This document shows positions 24,394 through 33,108 of a stretch of 40,696 nt of DNA, one piece after another. How positions within the stretch are numbered: position 1 is the first letter of the stretch; every line of letters starts with the position of its first letter. Position numbers and translations under genes: made by a program. This DNA is from a virus (Duplodnaviria; Heunggongvirae; Uroviricota; Caudoviricetes): the IMG/VR virus record IMGVR_UViG_3300017792_000001, positions 1-40,696 of that record; one strand, 5' to 3'. The notes under the pieces are model-generated. The model was not told the origin of the DNA, ran no database searches, and saw only the letters and a list, made by a program, of their open reading frames with translations.

Positions 24394-24518
24394 AGATACC
24401 TGAACTAAAAACATAACCACTAACCCCATTGTACTACTGATCACAGTCGTGATATAATGAATCACGAAAGCGAAACCGAGACAGCTACATACTGGTTACG
24501 CACTTAGTTAAGGTTACA
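24394..24518 (+). repeat. 125-bp regulatory cassette, copy B
   Basis: See copy A; same 25-75-25 bp architecture. Confidence 0.9.
24429..24458 (+). promoter_or_regulatory. sigma70 promoter with palindrome in the spacer
   Basis: TTGTAC-18 nt-TATAAT; ACTACTG-ATCA-CAGTCGT near-palindrome. Confidence 0.8.
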
Positions 24519-24551
24519 CGCTGACTGAAAAGTTTGCACAAGGAGAACGTC

Positions 24552-24755
24552 ATGACCGTCAAGAACATCACGCAAATTGCCGCTGTCAGCATCAACTACC
24601 GCTGCCCGCACTGCGACTTGGTTATCTCAATGGGTAGTGACGACCTAAGAGTCGGCGTGCCGTTCAAATGTTTCTGCAAGCGCGAAGTTGTAATACCGGA
24701 AGGCACTGAGCTCCAACTGCCTCTGTTGAACATGAACATCAAACTCACCAAGTAA
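24552..24755 (+). CDS. small zinc-ribbon protein
   Basis: AAGGAG SD; CPHC...CFC. Confidence 0.75.
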   Translation: MTVKNITQIAAVSINYRCPHCDLVISMGSDDLRVGVPFKCFCKREVVIPEGTELQLPLLNMNIKLTK

Positions 24756-24766
24756 GGACTACGAAC

Positions 24767-25447
24767 ATGAACAGCACTTTTACCAAACGCCAGGAATTCA
24801 TCACCGCCATCCAGGCTGTCGCCGCAGAAGCGGGTGTGCCGTCATACACCAGCTGCATCATGAGCGACCAGGACGAACTGTTTGACGGCGAGTCGCAATG
24901 GAAGATTCGCTTCAACGACGGTGGCCCAGTGATCAGTATCACCGAGCACCGCGACGAGTACGCGGACGAGGAAGAAGATCGCAGCTACCAGACAGCCGCG
25001 CTTCTCGACTCTGACAAGGCAGACGCCGCATACAGTATGTCGCGCTCCTGGCCGCGCAGCATGTTGTTTGACCTGCGTGAAAAGTTGATCCCCGGCTACA
25101 GCAACGCCGTGGTCGAGACACCAGATGGTTTCGTCTGGCGCATAGTGACTGGTGACGTAGTGCGCGAACTGCCTGTCAAGTTGTACGAGACGGCAATCCC
25201 GAGCAGCGCCGGTGATTACGAGTTCGACCTCGACACCGAAGCCGCGAATGCCTTCTTCGAAGTACAGCCGTGTGTTTACGACAACGGTGATTACATCGAC
25301 TATGAGAAGGCGGTCGAGAAGTCTGCCGAGAAGTTTGTGATCAGGACCTTCTGGTTCTCGGGTGACAGCGACAGCTTCGGTCCGCTGATTCGCTGCGCCA
25401 AGTTCACCCTGGCCAACGGCGTCGTGTTGCACGCCAGTTACGGATAA
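24767..25447 (+). CDS. acidic hypothetical protein
   Basis: AAGGA SD + ACGAAC-ATG. Confidence 0.85.
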   Translation: MNSTFTKRQEFITAIQAVAAEAGVPSYTSCIMSDQDELFDGESQWKIRFNDGGPVISITEHRDEYADEEEDRSYQTAALLDSDKADAAYSMSRSWPRSMLFDLREKLIPGYSNAVVETPDGFVWRIVTGDVVRELPVKLYETAIPSSAGDYEFDLDTEAANAFFEVQPCVYDNGDYIDYEKAVEKSAEKFVIRTFWFSGDSDSFGPLIRCAKFTLANGVVLHASYG

Positions 25448-25453
25448 TTCCTC

Positions 25454-25478
25454 CTGCCCATTCTGAGCGAGTGGGCAG
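25454..25478 (+). other. intergenic stem-loop without U-tract
   Basis: CTGCCCATTC-TGAGC-GAGTGGGCAG 10-bp stem with one G-U. Confidence 0.5.
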
Positions 25479-25514
25479 TGTGAATGAACCGAATTGTTTA
25501 CATGGAGCAAGACA

Positions 25515-25865
25515 ATGATTGTACGGGAAAAGTTTCTGAGCACAGCCCCTGAAATTCTCGATCTGTTCAACTTCGAGTGTCTGGGCTTTGAAGAACAACG
25601 CCGTTCAGTTGACAAGTTTTTCGTCGTGACCGTACGAGCTACCAACCTGCTTGAAGCGCGCTGCATGTTGACCACCAGCTTGCATGGACATGGCTGCACC
25701 TTTCGCAAAATGCTGCGAATGTTTGAACTCGGCCCGGATCGTGGCTGGCTGCAAGGCACCCGGAATTCCTGGGTGAAGGGAAACGGGAATCGTCAAGTTC
25801 CCGAGATTGTCGATGTTCGCATGTACGACCGCGAACTCTACGACCGTCTGCGCAACGCAAACTAA
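25515..25865 (+). CDS. hypothetical protein
   Basis: GGAG SD before ATG 25515. Confidence 0.75.
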   Translation: MIVREKFLSTAPEILDLFNFECLGFEEQRRSVDKFFVVTVRATNLLEARCMLTTSLHGHGCTFRKMLRMFELGPDRGWLQGTRNSWVKGNGNRQVPEIVDVRMYDRELYDRLRNAN

Positions 25866-25901
25866 TCGGCAATCTCGCCGGAATAAGCTAGGAGATACAC
25901 C

Positions 25902-26705
25902 ATGACTACCAAGATCAAAGAACTCGAAACCCTGCTCGTTGCTGCTGCTGACACTTTGGTGAAGCTGCGCTCGCACATCAAAGTAACCAGCGCAGGTAAA
26001 GCTGCCGAAGGTTTGAGCGAACTGCTCGCCACACCAGAAGCCAAGCAAGTGTTTAAGTGGCGTCGTGCTCGCCGTCTTGAACTGAAAGACGTTGACACGG
26101 TGAAGGCAAAAGTTGTCACCTCGTCCACCCGCAAGCCTCGTGTTGACAACCGTCCCGTCGAAGCGCGCACTGTCAAAGGTGCCCCGGCCAAGATGATGAT
26201 CGGCAAGACGATCCAGGTCCGCACCAAGCAGTTCAAGATCAAGGAAGTGTTTCTCCTTGACGTGCAAGGTACGCGTGCCGTATTGCTCGACAACGGCTAC
26301 ATCTACACCATCGACAACATCGAGAAGACGCCGGAAGGCAACTCGGATTGGTCGATCAAGAAAGGTGCGCTGCGTGAGCGCGGCGTGAAGCCACCAGTTG
26401 CAACCGTTGAGAAAGAGTCCAAGGCCGCTCGCGCTAAACGCCACGATCGTGAACTGAAAGTCGTCGGTGATGTTGCAACTAAATCGGCTGCACGCGCTCT
26501 CGCCAAGGCCGAGGCTGATCTTGAACCGAAGTCGGCTCGCGAAGCCAAGGGTACTGCCAAGCGTCGTCGCACTGGCACAGACGGTGTGAAGAAAGCCTCC
26601 GAGAAGGCAGTGCGTGAGGGCTTCAACTCGAATCGCGCTCGCAACACCAGCAAGAACGCCGCACCTAAAAAGACTGTCGGCAAGAAGACCGTCAAGCGCG
26701 CCTAA
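25902..26705 (+). CDS. highly basic Lys/Arg/Ala-rich protein (putative nucleic-acid binding)
   Basis: AGGAG SD; K/R-rich C-terminal tail ending KKTVGKKTVKRA. Confidence 0.8.
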   Translation: MTTKIKELETLLVAAADTLVKLRSHIKVTSAGKAAEGLSELLATPEAKQVFKWRRARRLELKDVDTVKAKVVTSSTRKPRVDNRPVEARTVKGAPAKMMIGKTIQVRTKQFKIKEVFLLDVQGTRAVLLDNGYIYTIDNIEKTPEGNSDWSIKKGALRERGVKPPVATVEKESKAARAKRHDRELKVVGDVATKSAARALAKAEADLEPKSAREAKGTAKRRRTGTDGVKKASEKAVREGFNSNRARNTSKNAAPKKTVGKKTVKRA

Positions 26706-26751
26706 CCAGCGCGTTACAAACATTCTCTCATTACTCTAGGAACATACGAAC

Positions 26752-27183
26752 ATGCTTACTCGCAAATCCTCCGGCTGTGTTGTCTTCCGCTTCGACGAAA
26801 ACGCTCGCATCGAAATCCTCCTGGTCACCAGCTCCAGTGGTAAAGAGTGGGTCCACCCGAAGGGCGGCGTTGAACTGAACCTCACTGAGCGTGCGTCGGC
26901 CGCCAAAGAAGTTTACGAGGAAGCTGGTGTGCTCGGTGATGTCGGTCGCAAACTCGGCGAGTACCGCTACGTGAAGAACGGTCAGATGCAAGAAGTGACC
27001 ATGTTTGCGATGCAGTACACCGAGGACGCAGCCGACTGGCCAGAAGCTGACAAGCGCGACCGCAAGTGGTTCAGCCCGAAGAAGGCAATGAACAAGGTCG
27101 ATCAGTACCTGGCTCCTTTCATCTACGACGTGGTGAGCAACCTCGAAGCCCACTTCCAGCACGAAGCCCGCAAGCTCAAGTGA
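26752..27183 (+). CDS. NUDIX hydrolase
   Basis: PKGGVELNLTERASAAKEVYEEAGV Nudix box; GCVVFR...EILLVTSS...WV.PKGG resembles the DIPP/Ap(n)A hydrolase-like subgroup. Confidence 0.9.
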   Translation: MLTRKSSGCVVFRFDENARIEILLVTSSSGKEWVHPKGGVELNLTERASAAKEVYEEAGVLGDVGRKLGEYRYVKNGQMQEVTMFAMQYTEDAADWPEADKRDRKWFSPKKAMNKVDQYLAPFIYDVVSNLEAHFQHEARKLK

Positions 27184-27192
27184 GGTAGTACG

Positions 27193-27480
27193 ATGGTTCG
27201 CATTATCAGCTCCGCCCAGCTAGCGCTCATGCCAAAAGGTACCCGCGTTTCTTGGGTCAAGATGCACGAAGACGGTTCAATGGACTTCAACATTCAGGGT
27301 TTCCTCAACCTGGGTGCGAAGTCCATCCTGCAATCGGTAGATAGCAGCTTTATCAACCTTGTGGGTGAATTGCCTGATGTGTACATTGAAGAGGGCCGTG
27401 TCGTTACTCGCCCTGACGAACACAGTTACGGGCGCGACGCAAACTTTCCACATCGATTCGTTCTTTGGGACGACGTATAA
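27193..27480 (+). CDS. hypothetical protein
   Basis: GAGGT SD. Confidence 0.8.
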   Translation: MVRIISSAQLALMPKGTRVSWVKMHEDGSMDFNIQGFLNLGAKSILQSVDSSFINLVGELPDVYIEEGRVVTRPDEHSYGRDANFPHRFVLWDDV

Positions 27481-27491
27481 CAGGAGTCGTT

Positions 27492-27869
27492 ATGAAAGTC
27501 CTAGTAGAAGTTAGCGAAGCACTGTCCGCCCGTATTGCGCTTGATCCTCAGACGAAAGACCTGCCTATGAATCAGGCCTTGCTTGCCCTAGTGGATCGCG
27601 CACTGCAAGCCGCAGAGTATGCCCGCAAGCCTGAAGTGTTTGCAGCACAGGGGCTGGAGCACGTCGCGACATTTGAAATCGGTCGTGTGTTCTCATTGGT
27701 TGAAGCGATTCCGCGGAATGCGTCGTATGACACAAACTTTCTGCGGGCGTTGGCAATTGCTTTGCGCAAGTCCCCGATGGTTGAAGTGCTTCCAGAGTCC
27801 GAGCACCAGCATGTGCCTATAGGTCACGGTCATGTACGCCGCGATCTTAAACGCATCCAGGAGGCGTGA
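27492..27869 (+). CDS. hypothetical protein
   Basis: AGGAG SD before ATG 27492. Confidence 0.8.
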   Translation: MKVLVEVSEALSARIALDPQTKDLPMNQALLALVDRALQAAEYARKPEVFAAQGLEHVATFEIGRVFSLVEAIPRNASYDTNFLRALAIALRKSPMVEVLPESEHQHVPIGHGHVRRDLKRIQEA

Positions 27870-28195
27870 TGGAAGAAACCGAATTCGAGCGTTACGAACG
27901 TGAGCTCCGTGAGCAACAGCAACAGGTAGCTCGCGACGAGGCACTTCAAGGCGAACTGCTCGACCGCCAACTCAAAACCGTACCCGACGATGACTTCTTC
28001 GATGAGGACTACGTCGGTGATGACGGGATCTACGTGCCGCCTCTCGACAAGTATTCGCCAAAGATGAAAGAAATCTGGGCGGCAGATGATCCAAACGAAC
28101 GCACTGACCAAGCTGTAACGCTGGACGGTGACTACCAAGTTGTTAGCGAGCCACAAGGCCTGCTGATCGAACATGATGGAGAAGACAATGCCTGA
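27869..28195 (+). CDS. acidic hypothetical protein
   Basis: GGAGG SD, TGATG overlap. Confidence 0.75.
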   Translation: MEETEFERYERELREQQQQVARDEALQGELLDRQLKTVPDDDFFDEDYVGDDGIYVPPLDKYSPKMKEIWAADDPNERTDQAVTLDGDYQVVSEPQGLLIEHDGEDNA

Positions 28196-29396
28196 GTATA
28201 AAATCTCGGTGAACGCAACCCAGATCAAACGAGCCGCGCTTCATATTGTTCGCGACGAAACTAGCCTCACTTGGTTGGTCAAGTTGATCGATACCGCATT
28301 TGAAAACGTGATTCGTCAGGAAGATGCTTTCGATCATATCCGTCGGATGCTCAGTCGTCATGGTTACAACTTGAGCCCTATTGAGCTAATCAACACACCG
28401 CAACGCCGCGTGCTGCCAGTTTTGGATGAAGATGACAGCGACGCGCCCAAGAGCAAAGTACGTACCACTGGTCAAATCATCCGCTCCTTGCGCAGGAAGA
28501 ACAACTGGACACAAGCCGAACTTGCTGCCAAGTTGAACTGGGGACAAAGCACCTTGAGTGAGTTTGAGCACGACCGCAAAATGCCAACCAACCTCGGCTT
28601 GAGTCAACTCGCGAAAGTATTTGGTACCAGTATCGCTGCGCTTGCTGATGTCACCGTTAAGAAACGCAAGTCCAAGAAAACTGCGTACACCGCTCGCGAC
28701 CGTCAGAACGAAGACTCGGATTTGCCGATGTCAATGACACCTGCGCATAAAATGAACCGCGAGCAAATCGTCGGTGAACTCAAGGCGTTGTTTGTAGCAA
28801 ATCCGTGGCTCACCAAGAAGGAGTTGATCAACAACTACGAATTCGGTGAGGATGATTACGAATACATTATGGCGAATGAGCCGATGATGATTCCAGCAGC
28901 CGTACTTGTTGACTACCTGAAAGACGTGCGCGGCGGACTCGTGGAACGTGCAGTCGAAGTTGCAGCTGGTGTTAAACACACCGTCAAGAATCCAGGCCCT
29001 AAACTCACACGCACGCTCAAGGCGTTTGAGATTACGCATTCGGCAATGAGTGCGTTTGAAATGCACAAGGTCGAATACGAACAAATCATGGCTTCGCACT
29101 ACCGTGAAGTTACTGATGGTCAGTTGAACAACTGGTTGCACGCTGTTAGAGGTTTTGTGTTGCAGCCTGCGACAAAGCCGAAAGAGTACGTGCGAGAGCG
29201 CTTACTGATTGACGTTCTCTGGTACGAAGACCTGTTCAACGTCACGCCGGAAGTCTACCTTGAAGCGGGTGTTTCTGCAACTCAACAGGTTTGGATTGAC
29301 GAACGCGAAGCAACCAAATTCTCAGGCCAAGAGCTGTTTAAGGTTCGTGAAGACCTGAAAGCGCTGCTGCTCAAAGCCTACAAGGAAGATGAATAA
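28188..29396 (+). CDS. XRE/Cro-C1 helix-turn-helix domain protein
   Basis: GQIIRSLRRKNNWTQAELAAKLNWGQSTLSEFEHDRKMP...L..LAKVFG.SI..L internal HTH; alternative start 28173. Confidence 0.85.
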   Translation: MPEYKISVNATQIKRAALHIVRDETSLTWLVKLIDTAFENVIRQEDAFDHIRRMLSRHGYNLSPIELINTPQRRVLPVLDEDDSDAPKSKVRTTGQIIRSLRRKNNWTQAELAAKLNWGQSTLSEFEHDRKMPTNLGLSQLAKVFGTSIAALADVTVKKRKSKKTAYTARDRQNEDSDLPMSMTPAHKMNREQIVGELKALFVANPWLTKKELINNYEFGEDDYEYIMANEPMMIPAAVLVDYLKDVRGGLVERAVEVAAGVKHTVKNPGPKLTRTLKAFEITHSAMSAFEMHKVEYEQIMASHYREVTDGQLNNWLHAVRGFVLQPATKPKEYVRERLLIDVLWYEDLFNVTPEVYLEAGVSATQQVWIDEREATKFSGQELFKVREDLKALLLKAYKEDE

Positions 29397-29397
29397 C

Positions 29398-29697
29398 ATG
29401 GCAGACACTAATCGCCGCAAGATTGTTGCAACCATGATGCGAGGCCGTAGCAAAGATCCAATCCTCGTCCGCCACTATATGTACTTCGACACCGCAATGC
29501 CGCGCATGACCCAGCTGGCAATCAGCTATGCCAACGAAGGTGACTTCGTGTCGTTTGTCAGCGCAGACCTGGGGATCGAACTCGGCATTCTGCGTATCAA
29601 GTCCGGTAACCGCTTTGAAATGGAAATGAGCCCGATTGTGAAGTCGAGCCCAAGCCTGCTCAAACTAATGAGCAGCGACAACCCTCTACCTGTTTAA
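29398..29697 (+). CDS. hypothetical protein
   Basis: AAGGA SD; alternative start 29389. Confidence 0.8.
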   Translation: MADTNRRKIVATMMRGRSKDPILVRHYMYFDTAMPRMTQLAISYANEGDFVSFVSADLGIELGILRIKSGNRFEMEMSPIVKSSPSLLKLMSSDNPLPV

Positions 29698-29709
29698 GGA
29701 AATACGAAC

Positions 29710-30090
29710 ATGATCCTCTCCACCACCGCTGTACTCTACGTGACCGGCTTCGCAGTAACCTACGTGCTGACGATGATCCGTGGCTTTCAAAACAAATCGG
29801 TAGCCGGCGGCCATAAACGTCTCGCGTTCCTCGGCGGTGGTGCGATGACTGCACTGGAAAACACGGTGACTGTGTTGCTCGCCACTACTCTCGGTGACTA
29901 CACCCTCATTGCGTTCACCTCTGCAGGGTCAGCGTTCGGTTGGGTGTCCGGCATGTATATGCACGACCGGATGATGCGCAAGCGTCTCAAGGCCATGAAG
30001 AAAGCCAAGAAGACCAAACGTCGCGACCAGATCGAAGCAATGGTTGAAGAACGTTTGATGGAGAAACTTCAAGAGCTGGGGTTGGTATGA
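29710..30090 (+). CDS. multi-pass membrane protein (DUF2179/DUF5698-like pattern)
   Basis: Three hydrophobic segments ending G.AFGW..GMY.HDR, then a basic tail; AAGGA SD + ACGAAC-ATG. Confidence 0.65.
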   Translation: MILSTTAVLYVTGFAVTYVLTMIRGFQNKSVAGGHKRLAFLGGGAMTALENTVTVLLATTLGDYTLIAFTSAGSAFGWVSGMYMHDRMMRKRLKAMKKAKKTKRRDQIEAMVEERLMEKLQELGLV

Positions 30091-30431
30091 CTTTTGACAA
30101 TTCCGTTTTGCGCGTCATGCAAACAATTGATCTGGTCGAATTGCTTGCCAAGGCAATAGTTGCCAAGACAGACATCGACCTGCCTGAATGTATCACGCAC
30201 GCTCTGGTGTTCGATGCGCCTGACAAAGCCGTTGAGTTTGCAGTGCCCTACACCTATCTCGAAGGTGTGTGCGAAGGTGATTCTGTCTGTCGCATGAAAG
30301 TCAGCCAGTGTTTCATCGGTGACGAAAACGGCATTGCGGGTGTTGAAGAACACAAACAGCAATACCCGTACAAAGTGATCGAACTGCGTGCCAAACATAC
30401 CAAGGTCAAGGACGCACATGAACCGACGTAA
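30087..30431 (+). CDS. hypothetical protein
   Basis: ATGA overlap. Confidence 0.75.
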   Translation: MTFDNSVLRVMQTIDLVELLAKAIVAKTDIDLPECITHALVFDAPDKAVEFAVPYTYLEGVCEGDSVCRMKVSQCFIGDENGIAGVEEHKQQYPYKVIELRAKHTKVKDAHEPT

Positions 30432-30858
30432 ACTCTCCGCGATTGCGACACTGTGTCTGGTTGTCATACTTGGTATCGGGTATGCAGCAGCCATGCTGTA
30501 CAAAGAGGGCCAGCGTCGTGACGAGAATGTCATGCGCTATGCCCGCATGATCGACACCAGCGCTGAACACCGCAAATACAAAGGCACGGAGTATTTCAAC
30601 ACCTACGGATACTTCGTGGATCGGGAAACCGGACTGCACTTCACTGACGACATCGGTGATTCGCTCTACCGCCAGTTTGCCCGTGACGGCAACAAAGCAA
30701 TCGAGGTGAGTTGGCGCTACAGCGTGGACAAGCGTGAGCAAACGAGCCTCGGCATCTTCTACATCATCTTTGCAGGGCTGATTTATCTCGGTCTAGCAGT
30801 CGCAACCCTGTTTTTAATCGGGTACATATCCACTCATTGGAAGGGAAAACAAAAATGA
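30418..30858 (+). CDS. two-TM membrane protein
   Basis: AAGGA SD; hydrophobic segments at both ends. Confidence 0.8.
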   Translation: MNRRKLSAIATLCLVVILGIGYAAAMLYKEGQRRDENVMRYARMIDTSAEHRKYKGTEYFNTYGYFVDRETGLHFTDDIGDSLYRQFARDGNKAIEVSWRYSVDKREQTSLGIFYIIFAGLIYLGLAVATLFLIGYISTHWKGKQK

Positions 30859-31190
30859 ACGACCAACCGCGTTACAGTGTACTGAATGCCGAAGCCATGG
30901 CAAAGCTGATCATCGACTCGGGTAGTTTGCGCCGTATCGTTGAACTACCAGACTTTGCGCAACTCATGGTGACGTTTGAGAATACGCCACGTGACTTCCA
31001 GCTCGCATACAAAGTCGAGCGTGACGGCAAGCCTGTATATCAGAAGCTCAGCCTGGAACGCGGTGAAGTGTTGCTGATCAACGTCGCAATGCAGGATGCC
31101 TTGCTGCCTGCGCCGGAGAACTGCGCGTTCAAAATGTTTTACCACCACGTCCGTCCCGTGTATTCGGAAGACAAAGCAACCACTGAATAA
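30855..31190 (+). CDS. hypothetical protein
   Basis: AAGGGA SD, ATGA overlap. Confidence 0.75.
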   Translation: MNDQPRYSVLNAEAMAKLIIDSGSLRRIVELPDFAQLMVTFENTPRDFQLAYKVERDGKPVYQKLSLERGEVLLINVAMQDALLPAPENCAFKMFYHHVRPVYSEDKATTE

Positions 31191-31202
31191 CCGAGGCACC
31201 CC

Positions 31203-31679
31203 ATGATCTTTCTCAGTCTTAACCACGTTGGCGCACACGGCTTGAACGTGCGTCGCATTGACCACGAACAGATGTACGTGTTCTCCGAGTTTCTCGCTGT
31301 CGAGTGCGGCAAAGAACAGCACCAGAAGGCGCACTCTAGCATTACCAACCGCATCAAAGTTTTGGCAGACTATCACAAGCTGCCTGATGACACGATGACG
31401 CCGGTGATCAACATGAATCTGGGTCCAGTTGCACTCATCGAACTTTACCGACTGGCTGCAGCCATCACCGCACGTCTCGCCGCCGTGAGTCAGTCAAACT
31501 GCGCACGCCACTTGAATGATCCTAATCGTGGAAAGTCCAACGTCGTTGCGAGACAGCCCGAATTCGAGAAGTTGATCATCATGATGGACGTGCTCGAAAC
31601 CTTCTCGTTCTGTGTGCAGGTCGGCACAAGCGTGACACTCAGCCAGCAAGCGACTCCGAAACTGGCTCGCGTGCATTAA
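31203..31679 (+). CDS. hypothetical protein
   Basis: GAGG SD. Confidence 0.75.
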   Translation: MIFLSLNHVGAHGLNVRRIDHEQMYVFSEFLAVECGKEQHQKAHSSITNRIKVLADYHKLPDDTMTPVINMNLGPVALIELYRLAAAITARLAAVSQSNCARHLNDPNRGKSNVVARQPEFEKLIIMMDVLETFSFCVQVGTSVTLSQQATPKLARVH

Positions 31680-31686
31680 TGTAAAC
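31677..31686 (+). promoter_or_regulatory. TAATGTAAAC variant of the promoter motif
   Basis: TGTAAAC core, intergenic, 27 nt before ATG 31714. Confidence 0.5.
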
Positions 31687-31713
31687 TGCTACAAACTCAA
31701 CGAGGATGTACCG

Positions 31714-32652
31714 ATGCAGTATCATCAATGGTTGTCATTGAAAACGTTGTTGGGAATGGTCGTAACGAGCCATCGTATCAAAGAGTCTATCGAACTCGAC
31801 GACTACGCGCGTTATGCCATCTACACTGAACACCCGGCCTTGTTTGAAATCGAGGTCGTGTTGAAGCAAGTCGGCGCACCGGGAACGCGCAAGGTCCCAT
31901 TTGTCTTCGATAGCAGCCGTGCCTTGCTGTGTGACGCCGATACGTTCAACGCACTTCGCCAAGCAGATGCACCACGCCGTCGTTTGATCTTCATCGAAAT
32001 CGCTTCCGGTGACGAGGTGTTCAAACAGGTAAAGCAGGAAGCGTTTGTACCGAACGGCGGTAACGCACCACCCACGCTGAAAGAAGCGCTTGAGTCAATC
32101 GACAAGCTGCCGACCAGCACCGGTAACTTCGGAGGTCGTCGTCAAGACGGGTTCACGCCGAATGCCAAGAAGTCGTCGCCAACAAAGTCTCGCCCTGTGA
32201 AGCAGCCTGCAATGATCATGAACACGGCAGCGCACAAGCCAGGGCCGAATGCCGTCATTCCCCAAGGCCGTGCAGTGTTTGACTACCTGAACAAGGGCTG
32301 CTACTGGGAAGAAGGTCAAGAAGGCTTTTGGCGTGCCGGTGGGTTGCGTGAAGTCACCAACAAGCTACCGTTCCCAGTGAAGATGGTTTGCCCTGGGTAT
32401 CGTCGCGCCGAGTTCCTGCAAGCGCTCGACCGTGTGCAGTCGCGTCTCAAGCCAAAGGTATTCCGCGGCTACAGCCCGAACCGCTGGACCGGAGAGTTTA
32501 ACGGTTCTGCCGAATATCAGGTTGACGGCTGGAAGTGGCCAGAAGGCTATCGCACTTACCTCGAAGCCGGCGTACTGCCGAGCCGCGAGTTCTACAAATT
32601 CATCACAGGTCAAGATGTACCCGGCCTGCCATCGTTCGCTAAGCCCGACTAA
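31714..32652 (+). CDS. two-domain hypothetical protein
   Basis: GAGGA SD; low-complexity linker then C-terminal FRGYSP...NGSAEY...GWKWPEGY..YL...V.PS.EF domain. Confidence 0.8.
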   Translation: MQYHQWLSLKTLLGMVVTSHRIKESIELDDYARYAIYTEHPALFEIEVVLKQVGAPGTRKVPFVFDSSRALLCDADTFNALRQADAPRRRLIFIEIASGDEVFKQVKQEAFVPNGGNAPPTLKEALESIDKLPTSTGNFGGRRQDGFTPNAKKSSPTKSRPVKQPAMIMNTAAHKPGPNAVIPQGRAVFDYLNKGCYWEEGQEGFWRAGGLREVTNKLPFPVKMVCPGYRRAEFLQALDRVQSRLKPKVFRGYSPNRWTGEFNGSAEYQVDGWKWPEGYRTYLEAGVLPSREFYKFITGQDVPGLPSFAKPD

Positions 32653-32661
32653 GGAAACGTC

Positions 32662-33108
32662 ATGAGCTCCATCAGTTTTGTTCGCGTTGATACTCAAGAA
32701 GTGATCGGCATCGCTCCAATGGCCGATTGGTGGATGGTAGTCGGTGAGTTGTGCAGCACTATCGTTCGGCTTGAAGACCAGAACACCCGTGCAAAGCTTA
32801 TGGAGCTGATGTCCCTCGGCAACGACTTCCAAAAGCCGCCACGTCGAGTACAACTGAGTGAACTCGACCTCGTTGACTGGAACTGGGCGTGCAGCGTCAC
32901 CATGATCCGCATCCTGAAACAAGTCGGACTGGACAGTCTCTCGTTCATCCAGCACAAAGACCACAGCAGCATTGATATGTCGAAGCTCTGGTCGCACAAG
33001 GCCAGTACGGCATTCGTCGAACTGCTCGCCCTGAACATGGCTTTGATCGAGTGTCGCACAGCCGTCGAAGCCCGAGAAGTTCGCATCCCATTCCTCAAGG
33101 TGATCTGA
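32662..33108 (+). CDS. hypothetical protein
   Basis: AAGGA SD. Confidence 0.8.
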   Translation: MSSISFVRVDTQEVIGIAPMADWWMVVGELCSTIVRLEDQNTRAKLMELMSLGNDFQKPPRRVQLSELDLVDWNWACSVTMIRILKQVGLDSLSFIQHKDHSSIDMSKLWSHKASTAFVELLALNMALIECRTAVEAREVRIPFLKVI

